A stretch of DNA of 64,000 bases. It comes from Opitutales bacterium (lineage in GTDB: Bacteria > Verrucomicrobiota > Verrucomicrobiia > Opitutales > JABSRG01). The translations under genes were made by a program, and so were the position numbers. The stretch covers positions 79,611-143,610 of the forward strand of contig JBMYOQ010000004.1 in the NCBI GenBank assembly GCA_049599475.1. Direction: 5' to 3'. The notes under the pieces were generated by a model. It saw only the letters and a list, made by a program, of their open reading frames with translations, had not been told where the DNA came from and did not search any database. Shown here piece by piece: positions 38,574 through 50,356 of this stretch (positions within the stretch are counted from its first letter, which is position 1; every line of letters begins with the position of its first letter).

Positions 38574-38597
38574 CAAGGATCTGAGAGCGGGGAACAA

Positions 38598-41195
38598 TTA
38601 ATTCGCAACGAGATTTACTAGTTTACCCGGGACATATATCTCACGACGGATTGTTTTACCGCTAATGTGTGAATCAATTTTGGGGTCAACTTTGGCCATA
38701 TTCAGGATCTCTTCTTTTGAGATGTCTTTGGACACATTGACCACATTGCGCGTCTTTCCGTTCACCTGAAATACAATTTTCATGGAATCTTCGACAAGTT
38801 TGCTCTCATCGAAGCTCGGCCAAGGCGCTTTGCAGACAGAAGGCTTATTCCCTAAACGCTCCCAAAGCTCTTCAGTGATATGCGGAGCAAAAGGGGCTAA
38901 CAATTGGACAAAATTCGTGGCAAAAGAAGTTGGATAAGCCTCCGCCTTTTGCATCCGGTTGATGCATACCATGAGCTGGGAGATAGCGGTATTGAATCTC
39001 AGCCCTTCGATATCCTCTGTCACTGATTTGATCGTTTGATGCAATACTTTCGCGGTCTCGGAGTCTGCTGAGGCATCGTCGCTGATCTTTGCGCTGATTT
39101 TTCCAGTCTCTGTATCAATGATTTCGGACCATACTTTCTTCAGAAAGCGGACCATACCTTGGATGCTCTGAGTGCTCCATGGTTTCATCGCTTCCAGAGG
39201 CCCCAGGAACATCTCATAGAGGCGCAGTGCATCCGCTCCGAAATCCTTTACGATATCGTCAGGGTTTACGACGTTGCCACGGCTCTTGGACATCTTTTGC
39301 CCATCTTCTCCGAGAATGATGCCTTGGTGGAAAAGGCGTTTGTATGGCTCGGGCTGAGACAATACACCGATGTCGTAGAGGAAATGATGCCAGAAACGCG
39401 CGTACAGTAGGTGCAAGACCGCGTGCTCTGCGCCGCCAATATAGATGTCGGGAGTTTGCCAAATCTTCTCGGCTTCGGGTCCGACTAGAGCTTCCGCGTT
39501 TGCGGGATCCATGTAGCGCAGGTGATACCAGCAGGAGCCCGCCCATTGAGGCATGGTGTTTGTCTCCCGTACTGCAGAAACCCACGCATCGCCCGTCTCG
39601 ACAGCTTCAGTCGCTGGGACGATCGTGCCTGTTTGGATGTTTACCTGGACTTCGAGCCAGGGTGAAATGGTGGCAAGAGGAGATTCTCCCGTTCCAGAAG
39701 GCTGGTAGCTCTCTGTTTTAGGCAGCTCTAGAGGTAGATGCTCAGGCAATACCGGAAGGGCATACTTAGTAACACCGTCTACCAAGCTCGTTACGGGCTC
39801 TTCTGGCATATAGTCTGAAAGTGCAGATCCTTCAGTGCTTTTTACCTTCTCAAAGTCTTCAAGGCTCACCCAAACCATCGGGATGGGCTCTCCCCAGTAG
39901 CGTTGGCGTGAGAAGATCCAGTCTCGAAGTTTGTAATTTACAGTGGCCTCTGCAGAGCCTGATTCGGCGAGTTCGCCAACGATTTGTTTCTTGGCCTCTT
40001 CGCTGGAAAGTCCGGTATATTTGCCGGAATTGATTAGAGAGCCTTTTCCGGAGAAAGGAAGCTTGGTTTCATTATCTTCCTTCTCAGAACCTGGCGTAAT
40101 TACCTGGATGATTGGAATCGAAAACTGTTCTGCGAATTCGAAGTCGCGCTCATCATGAGCAGGAACAGCCATGATGGCGCCTGTTCCGTACGAGATCAGA
40201 ACATAATCGGCGATCCATATCGGAATCTTGGCGCCGCTAGCAGGGTTTATGGCGTAGGCACCTGTGAACTCACCGGTCTTCTCTTTAGCTAGGTCAGTGC
40301 GATCGAGGTCGCTCTTCTTACTCGCAGTGTCCTGGTAGGCTCGAATGGCTTCAAGGCGATCCTCGGTGCAAATTTTATCAACGAGTGGGTGCTCCGGCGC
40401 GATTACCATGTATGTGGCGCCGAATAGGGTGTCGGGACGCGTCGTAAACACTCGGAGTGTTTCAGAGTCGTGACCGTCTACTGCGAAATCTATCTCCGCG
40501 CCTTCGGATCGACCGATCCAAGCCTTTTGCATGCGCTTGGTCGAATCGGGCCAATCAAGACCCTCCAAACCAGTCAAAAGTTTTTCTGCGTAAGCGGTGA
40601 TTCTTAGAACGACCTGGCGAAGGTTGCGGCGCTCGACTGGATGGCCCCCGACTTCGCTCTTGCCATCAACCACTTCCTCATTCGCCAATACGGCTTTTAG
40701 AGTATCGCACCACCAAACGGGTTTTTCATCCACATAGGCCAAGCCGTGCTTAAACATTTGGAGGAAGATCCACTGGGTCCACTTGAAGTAGTCGGGGGAG
40801 GTCGTGTTGATCTCGCGATCCCAGTCGTAGGCAAAGCCGATCTTTTTGATCTGCTTGCGAAAATTTTCGACATTTTCTTTGGTCGTGGTTGCGGGGTGTG
40901 TCCCGGTCTTAATCGCATATTGCTCAGCGGGTAATCCGAACGCATCCCAGCCCATCGGGTGCAGCACGTTGTAGCCGTTGGCCCACTTGAATCGGCAGAG
41001 AATATCGGTGGCCGTGTAGCCCTCGGGGTGACCAATGTGCAGACCAGACCCAGACGGATAGGGGAACATGTCGAGGGCATAGTATTTGGGCTTCTCGGCT
41101 GTGTTTTCAGCGCCAAATGTTTTGTCTTGGGTCCAAAAATCTTGCCAATGCGGTTCGATCTCTGAGGGCTTATAATCTGAGCAGTCCGTTGCCAT
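38598..41195 (-). CDS. leuS: Leucine--tRNA ligase
   Basis: [34 protein letters not shown]. Confidence 0.98.
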   Translation of the reverse strand: MATDCSDYKPSEIEPHWQDFWTQDKTFGAENTAEKPKYYALDMFPYPSGSGLHIGHPEGYTATDILCRFKWANGYNVLHPMGWDAFGLPAEQYAIKTGTHPATTTKENVENFRKQIKKIGFAYDWDREINTTSPDYFKWTQWIFLQMFKHGLAYVDEKPVWWCDTLKAVLANEEVVDGKSEVGGHPVERRNLRQVVLRITAYAEKLLTGLEGLDWPDSTKRMQKAWIGRSEGAEIDFAVDGHDSETLRVFTTRPDTLFGATYMVIAPEHPLVDKICTEDRLEAIRAYQDTASKKSDLDRTDLAKEKTGEFTGAYAINPASGAKIPIWIADYVLISYGTGAIMAVPAHDERDFEFAEQFSIPIIQVITPGSEKEDNETKLPFSGKGSLINSGKYTGLSSEEAKKQIVGELAESGSAEATVNYKLRDWIFSRQRYWGEPIPMVWVSLEDFEKVKSTEGSALSDYMPEEPVTSLVDGVTKYALPVLPEHLPLELPKTESYQPSGTGESPLATISPWLEVQVNIQTGTIVPATEAVETGDAWVSAVRETNTMPQWAGSCWYHLRYMDPANAEALVGPEAEKIWQTPDIYIGGAEHAVLHLLYARFWHHFLYDIGVLSQPEPYKRLFHQGIILGEDGQKMSKSRGNVVNPDDIVKDFGADALRLYEMFLGPLEAMKPWSTQSIQGMVRFLKKVWSEIIDTETGKISAKISDDASADSETAKVLHQTIKSVTEDIEGLRFNTAISQLMVCINRMQKAEAYPTSFATNFVQLLAPFAPHITEELWERLGNKPSVCKAPWPSFDESKLVEDSMKIVFQVNGKTRNVVNVSKDISKEEILNMAKVDPKIDSHISGKTIRREIYVPGKLVNLVAN

Positions 41196-41382
41196 GTGTC
41201 TTGAAAATTTTAAAAGGGTCGGAGTGTGCCAAATTGAGCAGGGGCGTCAATAGTGCTGTCAATTGCGTTAGATTCTTCGCTTCTAAGGAGTGGCATCGCC
41301 GCACAGATGTTCTTCTAAGCCTGAAGCTAGGACCGTTAAATTGAAGCTGGAAGTGGCGGAGTAATTGCTAGAGTTCTGCGTC

Positions 41383-42465
41383 ATGGACTCTGATATGTTG
41401 ATTGTTTCTATTGGCTATATTGCGGCGGGCATTTTGATCGGCTCTGTCTTGAAATACTTTTTCGGGATAGTCGAATCGAAGCAGGCTAGGGAGCATTGGC
41501 TGAGGAAAAGCCTGTTTATGGCGGCGAAGGACTCGGTCTTAATCATCGCAATAGGCTATGGCCTTCGTGGAGGCGTTGGGGCTTGGGAGTTCTCAGAGGC
41601 AATGGCGGGTATCGAAAGTATGCTGCTCGTCGCGATCAGTGTGATTGTCAGCGTTGGTTATGGGGTATTGGCCTACAAGCTGATTGATATTCCAGATACC
41701 TTTTTGACGATACGAGCGGCCAAGACGCCGAGTAAGGTAGACGATATGCTCGCACCCATTTTGCGGCGAGTTTTGCACATTCTGGTCGTTGCCTTCGTGA
41801 TTCTTCAGGTGGCTCATGTGGTGAGCGGCAAAGAAATCGGAGCCATAGTCGCAGGTCTTGGTATAGGAGGTTTAGCCATAGCGTTGGCTGCTCAGGATAC
41901 GGTTAAGAATTTCTTCGGAGCCACTGTCATATTTGCTGAAAAGCCTTTCGATTTGGGAGAGCGGATAAACTTTGAAGGACATGACGGAGTTATTGAAAGC
42001 GTCGGATTGCGCTCCACACGCATGCGCAGGCTAGATGGACATTTGGTGACGATTCCAAATGCGAGTTTGGCTAATTCAGTGATCCACAACATCGCTAAGC
42101 GCCCCTACATCCGGCGGATTTTCAATATTGGAATCACCTATGATACGCCCCCTGAAAAGGTGAAGGAGGCGAAAGCTATTCTTGAGGATGTTCTCAAGGA
42201 CCATGAAGGCATGGAGGCAGATTTCCCGCCTCGCGTTTATTTCAACAATTTTGAAGCCAGCTCGCTCAATTTTATTTGTATCTACTGGTATCACCCGCCC
42301 GCATATTGGGATTACATGGCGTTCACGGAGTGGGTGAACACTGAGGTGCACCGCCGTTTTAACGAAGCTGGTATAGATTTCGCCTTCCCAACCCAGACTG
42401 TTCACTTGGCTGGCGATCCTGATCGTCCATTGAACATTGGTGGCTCAGGCATGCCGCCTGTCTAG
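41383..42465 (+). CDS. MscS-family mechanosensitive channel
   Basis: TM helices, AGLGIGGLAIALAAQDT..NFF, KPF..GE, GLRST, VTIPN, FAFPTQT. Confidence 0.93.
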   Translation: MDSDMLIVSIGYIAAGILIGSVLKYFFGIVESKQAREHWLRKSLFMAAKDSVLIIAIGYGLRGGVGAWEFSEAMAGIESMLLVAISVIVSVGYGVLAYKLIDIPDTFLTIRAAKTPSKVDDMLAPILRRVLHILVVAFVILQVAHVVSGKEIGAIVAGLGIGGLAIALAAQDTVKNFFGATVIFAEKPFDLGERINFEGHDGVIESVGLRSTRMRRLDGHLVTIPNASLANSVIHNIAKRPYIRRIFNIGITYDTPPEKVKEAKAILEDVLKDHEGMEADFPPRVYFNNFEASSLNFICIYWYHPPAYWDYMAFTEWVNTEVHRRFNEAGIDFAFPTQTVHLAGDPDRPLNIGGSGMPPV

Positions 42466-42568
42466 AGACAGTCTCAGATATTTGGCCGTTCACCAGAGGT
42501 ATTGGGGAATTCACGATAGTAAAACCGGCTCTTAATTGGGGTCCGGGAAGTTCCACTGCTTTTCGGAA

Positions 42569-42598
42569 TTGACCCTAAAGACCGGAGACTTTTATATC
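42569..42598 (+). promoter_or_regulatory. Putative sigma70 promoter of tig-clpP-clpX
   Basis: TTGACC, 17-18 bp spacer, TTATATC about 40 bp upstream of tig. Confidence 0.45.
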
Positions 42599-42638
42599 TG
42601 CCGGTTTTTCGACTTATCGACAAACCTACAAAGTCCGC

Positions 42639-43985
42639 GTGAATACTACTCTAGAGCCTATATCCTCTACCCGCAAACGAGTCATCGTCTCCGTATCTGG
42701 ATCTGAAATTGCATCCGAGGAGAAGAAATTGATCAATAATTATGCCCGTCAGGCTAAGGTTCCTGGGTTTCGCCCTGGAAAGGCTCCTGCCAGCATCATC
42801 AAGTCTCGCTACAAAAAGGAAATCGCAGATGACCTTCTCGGAGCTATTCAACGCAATGCTTATCAGAGCGCTGTCAGTGAGAACGATCTCAAGGTAGCAT
42901 CTGTTGTGGAGGCCGACGAACTTTCAGGTATTACGGGTGATCAGGACACCGAAGTCTCCTTCACGCTAGACATTTACCCAGAGATTACACTCGCTGACTA
43001 CAAGGGCCTCGAGGCTAAGAGCGGACCGACAAATGTCGAAGACGGCGAGGTCGACAAGGCTATCGATGAGATCCTTAACCAGCGCGCTGAGTATGATGTC
43101 GTAGAACGTGCTGCAGAGAAGGGTGATTATGTGCGCCTTGCTTACACCGGGAAAATTGACGATCAGTTGATCTCTGAAATTTCTGAAAACAAGATGTATT
43201 CCGAGCAGTCGTCGACCTGGGAAGAAGCCGGATCCGATTCGGCTCCTGGAGTTCCCGCTGTTGTCGAAGGCATCATTGGCATGGCTAAGGATGATAAGGC
43301 TACAGTGGAGTATGTTTTCCCAGAAGACTTCGAAGATGAAGCCTTGAAGGGAAAGACTGCTAGCTACGACATCGAAGTTTTCGAAGTCCGCGAAAAGAAG
43401 CTTCCCGAGTTGGACGACGCATTGCTCGAATCTATGGAAGTCGAGTCTGTCGAGCAGTTACGTGAGCGCGTTTCCGAGAACATCAAGCAGCAGAAGACCC
43501 AGCAAAACGGAAATGAAATCCGTCGCCAAATTCAGGACCAGCTTATCACTGCCAACGAGTTTGACCTTCCTGCCTCATTGATCGATCGCGAGCGCGACAG
43601 TATGCTTGTTGAGTTTATGCAAAAACAAGCGCAGCGCGGAGTGCCTCAAGAGGAGATCGAAGGTCGCCGCGAGGAGTTGATCTCTCAAGCAGAGGCTGCT
43701 GCGGTAAATCGCGTGAAACTGCAAAACATCCTTTCAGAAATCGCTGAAAAGGAGGAAATCAAGGTCGAGCAAAACGATATCGGCTCCATCATCTACCAAG
43801 AAGCGATGGCTCGCCGCACGACTCCAGACGAGCTCGTAAAGGAACTTCAGAAGAATCGCGAGATGCTCAATGAGTTCCAGAGAGCTGCACTTTTTAACAA
43901 AGTTCTCGAGTTTTTGGTGTCTGAAGCGAAAATTACTGAATCTGATAGCGATTTGAGTCCAGAAAGCGGCCACGATCACGATTAG
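42639..43985 (+). CDS. tig: Trigger factor
   Basis: [10 protein letters not shown] signature; FKBP-like middle; followed by clpP and clpX. Confidence 0.95.
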   Translation: MNTTLEPISSTRKRVIVSVSGSEIASEEKKLINNYARQAKVPGFRPGKAPASIIKSRYKKEIADDLLGAIQRNAYQSAVSENDLKVASVVEADELSGITGDQDTEVSFTLDIYPEITLADYKGLEAKSGPTNVEDGEVDKAIDEILNQRAEYDVVERAAEKGDYVRLAYTGKIDDQLISEISENKMYSEQSSTWEEAGSDSAPGVPAVVEGIIGMAKDDKATVEYVFPEDFEDEALKGKTASYDIEVFEVREKKLPELDDALLESMEVESVEQLRERVSENIKQQKTQQNGNEIRRQIQDQLITANEFDLPASLIDRERDSMLVEFMQKQAQRGVPQEEIEGRREELISQAEAAAVNRVKLQNILSEIAEKEEIKVEQNDIGSIIYQEAMARRTTPDELVKELQKNREMLNEFQRAALFNKVLEFLVSEAKITESDSDLSPESGHDHD

Positions 43986-44032
43986 TAGAGGATTGCGTTG
44001 CAAACTCGAATAATTTTATAACCTACTCACAC

Positions 44033-44632
44033 ATGGGAGTCTATCTACCTTTACCTTACGTATACGAGCGCGACGGACGCCAGGAACGAGCTTGGGATAT
44101 CTATAGCCGCCTGCTGAAGGACCGTATCGTTTTCATCGGTTCACCGATCGATGATTATGTTGCCAACTCGATTATCGCACAACTGCTCTTCCTCCAAATG
44201 GAAGACCCAAAACGTGATATCAATTTATACATCAATTCCCCAGGCGGAAGTGTTACGGATGGCATGGCTATCTACGATACCATCAATATGTTGAGCTGCG
44301 ATGTTGTGACTTATTGTGTCGGTCTCGCTGCGAGCATGGGTACCGTTCTTCTCGCTGCGGGAACTAAGGGTAAGCGGTATGCTCTACCGAATAGCCGGAT
44401 TATGATCCACCAGCCTTCAGGAGGCGCGGGAGGTCAGACATCTGATATCGCCATCGCAGCCAAAGAAATTATGCGGTGGAGAAGCGCTATCAATGAGCTC
44501 CTTGCAGAACGCTCTGGACAATCTGTTGAACAGATCGCCAAGGATTCTGATCGTGATTTCTACATGACTGCTCAAGAAGCCATGGACTACGGTCTCGTGG
44601 ACAAGGTATTTAAGAAAAACGAAGCAAACTAA
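44033..44632 (+). CDS. clpP: Clp protease proteolytic subunit
   Basis: [30 protein letters not shown]. Confidence 0.97.
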   Translation: MGVYLPLPYVYERDGRQERAWDIYSRLLKDRIVFIGSPIDDYVANSIIAQLLFLQMEDPKRDINLYINSPGGSVTDGMAIYDTINMLSCDVVTYCVGLAASMGTVLLAAGTKGKRYALPNSRIMIHQPSGGAGGQTSDIAIAAKEIMRWRSAINELLAERSGQSVEQIAKDSDRDFYMTAQEAMDYGLVDKVFKKNEAN

Positions 44633-44653
44633 AACGCTTCTCTAGTTTAAAAT

Positions 44654-45961
44654 ATGGCAAAATCTTCTCGAATGACATTCTGCTCATTCTGCGGCAAGTC
44701 CCAGAATGAGGTGCGCAAAATGATTGCTGGTCCTGCGGGCGTGCACATCTGTGATTCATGCGTGAATGTCTGCAAGACGATCATCGATCGCGAGATCAAG
44801 GAAGAAGATCCTGTCGTTGAGAATGAGAATGCGTTCAACCTGCTTCGTCCTTCGGAGATCAAGGGTAAGCTCGATGAGTATATCATTGGTCAGAGCGAAG
44901 CCAAAAAGGCACTCTCAGTTGCTGTTTACAACCATTACAAGCGTCTAGCTGGTGATATCAACCCCGATGCTGATGCGGCCTTTGCTGCGCGCGCAAAGGG
45001 GTATGAGGACGTCGATATTGAGAAGAGTAACATCCTCCTCATCGGACCTACGGGTTCCGGCAAGACGCTCCTCGCGCGGACCTTGGCTAAGATGCTGGAT
45101 GTCCCGTTTGCGATCGCAGATGCGACTACTTTGACCGAAGCCGGCTACGTCGGCGAAGACGTCGAGAACATAGTTTTGCGCCTGCTCCAGGGAGCAAACT
45201 ACGATGTTAAAAAGGCTGAGGTAGGCATTATCTACGTCGACGAAATTGATAAGATCGGCCGCAAGACCGACAACGTTTCGATCACGCGTGATGTATCTGG
45301 AGAAGGTGTTCAGCAGGCACTGCTTAAAATTCTGGAAGGAACCACCTGTAACGTGCCGCCGCAAGGAGGACGCAAGCACCCGAATCAAGAGTACATTCAG
45401 GTGAGCACGCAGAACATTCTCTTTGTGGTCGGTGGAGCTTTCGTAGGACTTGATAAGATCATTCGAGACCGTATTGGCCTCAAGGTATTGGGATTCAAAA
45501 ACGAGGATCCGGTTCCTGGAGAAGAAGAAGGAAATCGTTCTGAGAGCGATTATCTCCTTAGCCAAGTGCAGCCAGAGGACTTGGTGAACTTCGGAATGAT
45601 TCCAGAATTTATTGGCCGCCTCCCAATGGTTTCCGTTCTCAATGAAATGACTTCAGGGGACCTGGAGCACATCTTGACTGAGACTAAGAACTCTTTGGTG
45701 AAGCAATATGAAAAACTCTTCGCTATGGAGGGTGTGGAACTTCAGTTCACTAAGGATGCTGTCGCAGCTGTTGCAGAAAAAGCAATTGAGCTGAAGACCG
45801 GAGCCCGTGCACTGAGATCCATCATGGAGAAGGTCATGTTGGATATCATGTATGATATTCCCGAGGATAAGGCGATTCGCGAGGTGATCATCAACCGCGC
45901 CGTAATCGAGGAAAATGCAGCTCCTGAAATCCGCAAGGTGGATAAGAAGTCTGCGGCTTAA
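44654..45961 (+). CDS. clpX: Clp protease ATP-binding subunit
   Basis: CSFCGK zinc finger, [25 protein letters not shown]. Confidence 0.98.
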   Translation: MAKSSRMTFCSFCGKSQNEVRKMIAGPAGVHICDSCVNVCKTIIDREIKEEDPVVENENAFNLLRPSEIKGKLDEYIIGQSEAKKALSVAVYNHYKRLAGDINPDADAAFAARAKGYEDVDIEKSNILLIGPTGSGKTLLARTLAKMLDVPFAIADATTLTEAGYVGEDVENIVLRLLQGANYDVKKAEVGIIYVDEIDKIGRKTDNVSITRDVSGEGVQQALLKILEGTTCNVPPQGGRKHPNQEYIQVSTQNILFVVGGAFVGLDKIIRDRIGLKVLGFKNEDPVPGEEEGNRSESDYLLSQVQPEDLVNFGMIPEFIGRLPMVSVLNEMTSGDLEHILTETKNSLVKQYEKLFAMEGVELQFTKDAVAAVAEKAIELKTGARALRSIMEKVMLDIMYDIPEDKAIREVIINRAVIEENAAPEIRKVDKKSAA

Positions 45962-45990
45962 TTCCTGGGGCTTTCAGGTTCAGGCTTTTC

Positions 45991-47832
45991 CTACTCCATT
46001 TCGAAGCGCATAGGCGCAGCTCCGATGCCGTCGATCAGAATCGAGTCTTTCTCGGTGGGTTGAGGCCAATGAATCGAAATTTTTCCGTCCATGTGGGTAA
46101 TCACGTCTGGAGTCGGGCGGTCTTGCTTAGGAGATAAACGCCAGACATGAACGGGTGAATTTTCTCCAATTCTGGAGCGTATTTGAAATGCGGGATACTT
46201 TACGTTGTAGTCGGGTGCAAACCATCCCGCGATGAAGGGCTCTTCTTGTCCCTTGAAGATCTGAAAATCTGCTTCGGCGGGATAAACCAGTTCGATTTCT
46301 CCCCGCACCTTTCCCGCTGAAAGGGTCCAACGGGATGCCTTCTCAGTTGGCTCTAACTCGCAATTTGGGTGAAAGCTCCAGTGGGTGTCGGATGCTCCGC
46401 CCTGAGTGCTATCTCTCTGATCTATCACAAGAATTTCTCCGGATTCGAATACGATGATTGTCCGATATACGACAACGATTCCGAAAAAAGTTTTAAATAC
46501 CTTTGGAGCGACGGCCCACGACCAATCTGAATTGTGACCACTTAGGGTTTTAGATTCCGCTTGGGAAATTTCTCGGTTCCCCCAATCGGGTTGTAGATAT
46601 CGAGCGCCCTCTAGGATAATTGTATTGTGGGCAGGTTGAGTCCTGAAATATTCCCGCCAGGCATCATTTCGGTAGTGATAGCGACCATTATCGACCAGGA
46701 TTGACTGGTAGTTCACGGCCCAGGAGACATGCAGCCGGTCTTCGTGTTGATGGTCCGTTCCATAGGGCCCAAAGTCAGCCATGATCCACCACAGTAAAGA
46801 CTTCGTGCGTTTACTGGCAATAAACTGTCCTGAGGGGCCAGGTTCCTTGAAAAACATGGATTTTGAGGGCCGCCTTTCTGGGACCCATTGGGCGTGCCGC
46901 TCAAGAAATTTAGAGTTCACTTCAATGTCACCGTCGTTGTTCAGGGGCCCCAGGCCATTGGGCTGAGTCATGTCGCGTATGGCTGTCCATGCCGCCACCC
47001 ATTTGGGATTCTTTGCGATCTGTTCAGGGGCAATTTCCGCGGCCATTACTAAGCCGTCTAGTGCAATGCGATGGTAATGGTTTGAAAGCTCGCGATGCAT
47101 GCCATCACTGAAAAACTGTGTATCCAGCTGCTTCGACAATTTCATCAATGCGTATTCTTTCCATTCGGCGGCATCTGGAGAGTCATCCAAAAGGTGAGCC
47201 AAAAGGAGTAGGGCATTCATTTCAGTGATCAAATGATTGCCTTGGAAATGGTGGTGCTTGCGTAGATATTTCGCGTGATCGACGAGGCTGGGCAACCAGA
47301 TTTCTCTAAGATCCGGGCTCACCCAAGCACCTATATCGTCTCGAGCTAAGAGAGGGCCCCACGACTGAACAATGCGTCGGGCGGCTTCCAGAGCGCGCCA
47401 AGAGTGACTGTAGCTCCAGAGTTTGGGTACAGGATTTGTGCGAATCCAGTCCGTCAACATATCATTGGCGCGTGTATAGGCTTCATGGTTACCGGCCTTT
47501 CCCGCATCAACCAAAAATAGAAGGAACCGGTGGCGATTCATCAGCCAAGCCCATTCTTTATCGTTCTTTGGGCCCCTCCAGGCCCAATCCCAGGTGCCAT
47601 CTTCAGAAGCTTGGAATACACCCTCGACCCCCTGGATATAAATTTTCCCGGTTTGGAAAAAAATCTCGCCCGCTTCTGCGTTGCCTTTGGTTGAACGTAG
47701 AGATTCTAGTTCGCTCGCTTTTGCACTGATTTGTTGGAGCGCATTTTGAGAGTTTAATTCGGTTGCTAACATGGAGGAATGTGCGGCACAGAGGTAAGAT
47801 AGGAGGAGACACAGCGCACGATTCAACATCAC
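45991..47832 (-). CDS. Secreted heparinase II/III-family (alginate-lyase-like) polysaccharide lyase
   Basis: Signal peptide; W…NRH, GNH…E, DG.H.ELS..YH, H.HED.L, LVD.G.Y.Y, AHNT. Confidence 0.85.
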   Translation of the reverse strand: MMLNRALCLLLSYLCAAHSSMLATELNSQNALQQISAKASELESLRSTKGNAEAGEIFFQTGKIYIQGVEGVFQASEDGTWDWAWRGPKNDKEWAWLMNRHRFLLFLVDAGKAGNHEAYTRANDMLTDWIRTNPVPKLWSYSHSWRALEAARRIVQSWGPLLARDDIGAWVSPDLREIWLPSLVDHAKYLRKHHHFQGNHLITEMNALLLLAHLLDDSPDAAEWKEYALMKLSKQLDTQFFSDGMHRELSNHYHRIALDGLVMAAEIAPEQIAKNPKWVAAWTAIRDMTQPNGLGPLNNDGDIEVNSKFLERHAQWVPERRPSKSMFFKEPGPSGQFIASKRTKSLLWWIMADFGPYGTDHQHEDRLHVSWAVNYQSILVDNGRYHYRNDAWREYFRTQPAHNTIILEGARYLQPDWGNREISQAESKTLSGHNSDWSWAVAPKVFKTFFGIVVVYRTIIVFESGEILVIDQRDSTQGGASDTHWSFHPNCELEPTEKASRWTLSAGKVRGEIELVYPAEADFQIFKGQEEPFIAGWFAPDYNVKYPAFQIRSRIGENSPVHVWRLSPKQDRPTPDVITHMDGKISIHWPQPTEKDSILIDGIGAAPMRFEME

Positions 47833-47840
47833 TTAGATAT

Positions 47841-48083
47841 CTATTTGCTTAGCCATGTACCCAGAATTTTGGCACAACCAAAAAGGATGCAACCCAGAAT
47901 AATAAATACAAGAGGTGCTACGAGTGCTTCGCGTACAAAGCTGCCTATATAGCTCCATGGGAGCCTGCCCCAGGCATTGATGACTCGTATCAATAGAAGC
48001 CCGACGCCTCCAAGGACGCATAGAAAACCTACGATTTTTAGAATGAGCGTGGCGAGCTGTGGGGCGTCTAGATCGGCAGGCAT
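47841..48083 (-). CDS. Small two-TM membrane protein
   Basis: Two hydrophobic stretches; fits between cysS and the lyase with 7-8 bp gaps. Confidence 0.6.
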   Translation of the reverse strand: MPADLDAPQLATLILKIVGFLCVLGGVGLLLIRVINAWGRLPWSYIGSFVREALVAPLVFIILGCILFGCAKILGTWLSK

Positions 48084-48090
48084 TTAAGAA

Positions 48091-49533
48091 TTATTTGTTC
48101 GGGCTTAGGTTGAATCCGTCTTTTGTATCTAGGACAGTCCATCCGGCTTCCGATATTTCAGCGCGTAGGGCGTCGGCTTTTGCAAAGTCTTTAGCTTGCT
48201 TGGCCTCCCAGCGGGCTTGGGCTAGGGCAGTGATCGATTCAGGGGCTTCGATGATCACCTCTTCTTCCTTTTGGATTATAGTAACTTTCCACCCAAAGGC
48301 TGCGATGATAAAGGCCATTTGATCAAGGAGAACCGCCGCTTCATCTTCGCTGGTAGTTTTAGATTTGATACCTTTCTCAATCGGGCGCAATTGGGAAAAT
48401 AGCTGTCCTGTCGCGGCAGACGTATTCAAATCGTTTTCAAGAGCATCCCAGCAACCTTGGAAGGGCCCGAGATCTTTAGGGCCGCGCTCTACGGCTTCGG
48501 AGTAGGACATTAGACTTTCCTTACCCGCAAGGTGAGCCAAGTCGCTGACCACCTTCTCGATGCGTTCTAAGGATTTTTGTCCAGAATTGAGTCCGTTGAA
48601 ATTGAAATTCAGGGGCTGTCTGTAATGTCCTGCGAGAATCGCAAAACGGACGACTTCGGGGCGATAGCCTTTTTCCTCCAAATCCGAAAGTGTATAGAGA
48701 TTTCCAAGACTCTTACTCATCTTCTTGCCGTCAACAAGTAGATGAATCACATGGAACCAGTGGCGCGCGAAGAGCTTGTCCGTGGCAGCCTCGCTCTGGG
48801 CAATCTCATTCTCGTGGTGTGGGAAACAGAGGTCGATGCCTCCACCGTGAAGATCAAAGCTTTCCCCAAGGTGTTTCATCGCCATGACAGAACACTCTAA
48901 GTGCCAGCCCGGACGTCCTTCTCCCCATGGGCTGGACCAGTAATTATCGCCATCCTCAGGCTTTCGGCCTTTCCAGAGGGCAAAGTCGGAGACGGATTCT
49001 TTGTCGTATTCGTCGTTATCAGAGCGACCGCTGGCACCGTCCAGAATCTCTCGTGTATCCAAACGCGAAAGGCGACCATAGCGCGGAAAGGAAGAGATCT
49101 TGAAATACACCGAACCATCTTCTGTGGCGTAAGCGCATCCACGGTCCAAAAGTGTCTTTGTGAGTGAAATCTGCTCCTCAATGTGTCCCACCGCGGAAGG
49201 CTCAACGTGAGGCTCTAGCATATTGAGCGCTGCGCAGTCTGCATGGAATTTTTCCGTCCAGCTCTCGGTGAATTCGGTAAGAGTGCGCCCTTCAGCGATG
49301 CTCTGACGTATCGTCTTATCGTCTACGTCTGTGATGTTGCGAACGTGTTTTGTTTTCACGCCTCCCAATTCAACGACGCGTCTAAAGAGGTCCTGGACCA
49401 GAAATGTCCGGAAATTTCCGATATGTGCGGGACCATACACTGTCGGACCACAACAATAGAACCGGAAGGTATCCTGGTCGTTAGGAACGACCGGTTCGAC
49501 TTCGCGTGACATGGTGTTGTGCAGTTTTAGCAT
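48091..49533 (-). CDS. cysS: Cysteine--tRNA ligase
   Basis: CGPTVY..AHIGN, DFALWK, GRPGWHLECS, FPHHENE, KMSKS. Confidence 0.98.
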   Translation of the reverse strand: MLKLHNTMSREVEPVVPNDQDTFRFYCCGPTVYGPAHIGNFRTFLVQDLFRRVVELGGVKTKHVRNITDVDDKTIRQSIAEGRTLTEFTESWTEKFHADCAALNMLEPHVEPSAVGHIEEQISLTKTLLDRGCAYATEDGSVYFKISSFPRYGRLSRLDTREILDGASGRSDNDEYDKESVSDFALWKGRKPEDGDNYWSSPWGEGRPGWHLECSVMAMKHLGESFDLHGGGIDLCFPHHENEIAQSEAATDKLFARHWFHVIHLLVDGKKMSKSLGNLYTLSDLEEKGYRPEVVRFAILAGHYRQPLNFNFNGLNSGQKSLERIEKVVSDLAHLAGKESLMSYSEAVERGPKDLGPFQGCWDALENDLNTSAATGQLFSQLRPIEKGIKSKTTSEDEAAVLLDQMAFIIAAFGWKVTIIQKEEEVIIEAPESITALAQARWEAKQAKDFAKADALRAEISEAGWTVLDTKDGFNLSPNK

Positions 49534-49611
49534 CGGAAAAAAGAATCTTCGATCTTCGTAGAATGTGTGAAATTGAAGGGTCGCTCGCTCGACGACAAGT
49601 GCTAACGCTCT

Positions 49612-50343
49612 TTAATCGATCTGGGCAATGAATTGTCCGTCGCGAGCCCTTACATGAAGCCGGAGGATTTGAGTGGGTTGATCCGTGCTGATAGCGACGG
49701 GCGTATTGTCCGTGAAATGAGCATCAAAGGTAGAGTAGGGGGACAGGTCCTCTATTTCTGAATCCTCCAGAATCCATCGATTCGGTGAGGCCTGAGTGGA
49801 CACCCTGAAAGATGAGAGGGGTTTCTGAATGCCGAGTCCCAGCATTTTCACCCACGCTTCTTTCCGTGTCCAAATACGTGTGAAGGCCTCGCGGGATTCT
49901 GCAACATCTTGGATTTTGCGGAGGGAGCCCGACTCCTCAGCGGTGAAATAGCGATCTGCTATTTTAAGAAAGTTGTCCTTCTTGCTGGCCTCGCAGTCTA
50001 CACCGATAGCCATCTGAGTGTCCGCACACGCGAAGGCGATGCGTCCGTGGCTGTGGCTTAGGTTGAAACTCGCAAAAGTCTGGTCCTCGAAACATGCGAT
50101 TGGCTTGCCGTGAGCGGTCTCCCTGAGCCGATAAGATTCACCCTCTTGGAATCGATGCTTACGTAAGCACCAGTCCATCAACGCGTGCGCCTTTATAGCG
50201 CTGGACCTAAGAGCCGCAGTCTGCTTGCGCTGAATCTTTTCTTTTGAGTAGTCCGGTAATGCTTCCAGCGCAGCATCTATATCTATCTCCAGCTCAGATT
50301 CCTGTGCTAGATACAGATAAACGGTATGCTGCGCTTTCGACAA
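49612..50343 (-). CDS. Sfp-type 4'-phosphopantetheinyl transferase
   Basis: HGKP, FNLSHS, IGVDCE, F..IWTRKEA..K..G.G. Confidence 0.9.
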   Translation of the reverse strand: MSKAQHTVYLYLAQESELEIDIDAALEALPDYSKEKIQRKQTAALRSSAIKAHALMDWCLRKHRFQEGESYRLRETAHGKPIACFEDQTFASFNLSHSHGRIAFACADTQMAIGVDCEASKKDNFLKIADRYFTAEESGSLRKIQDVAESREAFTRIWTRKEAWVKMLGLGIQKPLSSFRVSTQASPNRWILEDSEIEDLSPYSTFDAHFTDNTPVAISTDQPTQILRLHVRARDGQFIAQID

Positions 50344-50356
50344 AACTAGCCGTCTT

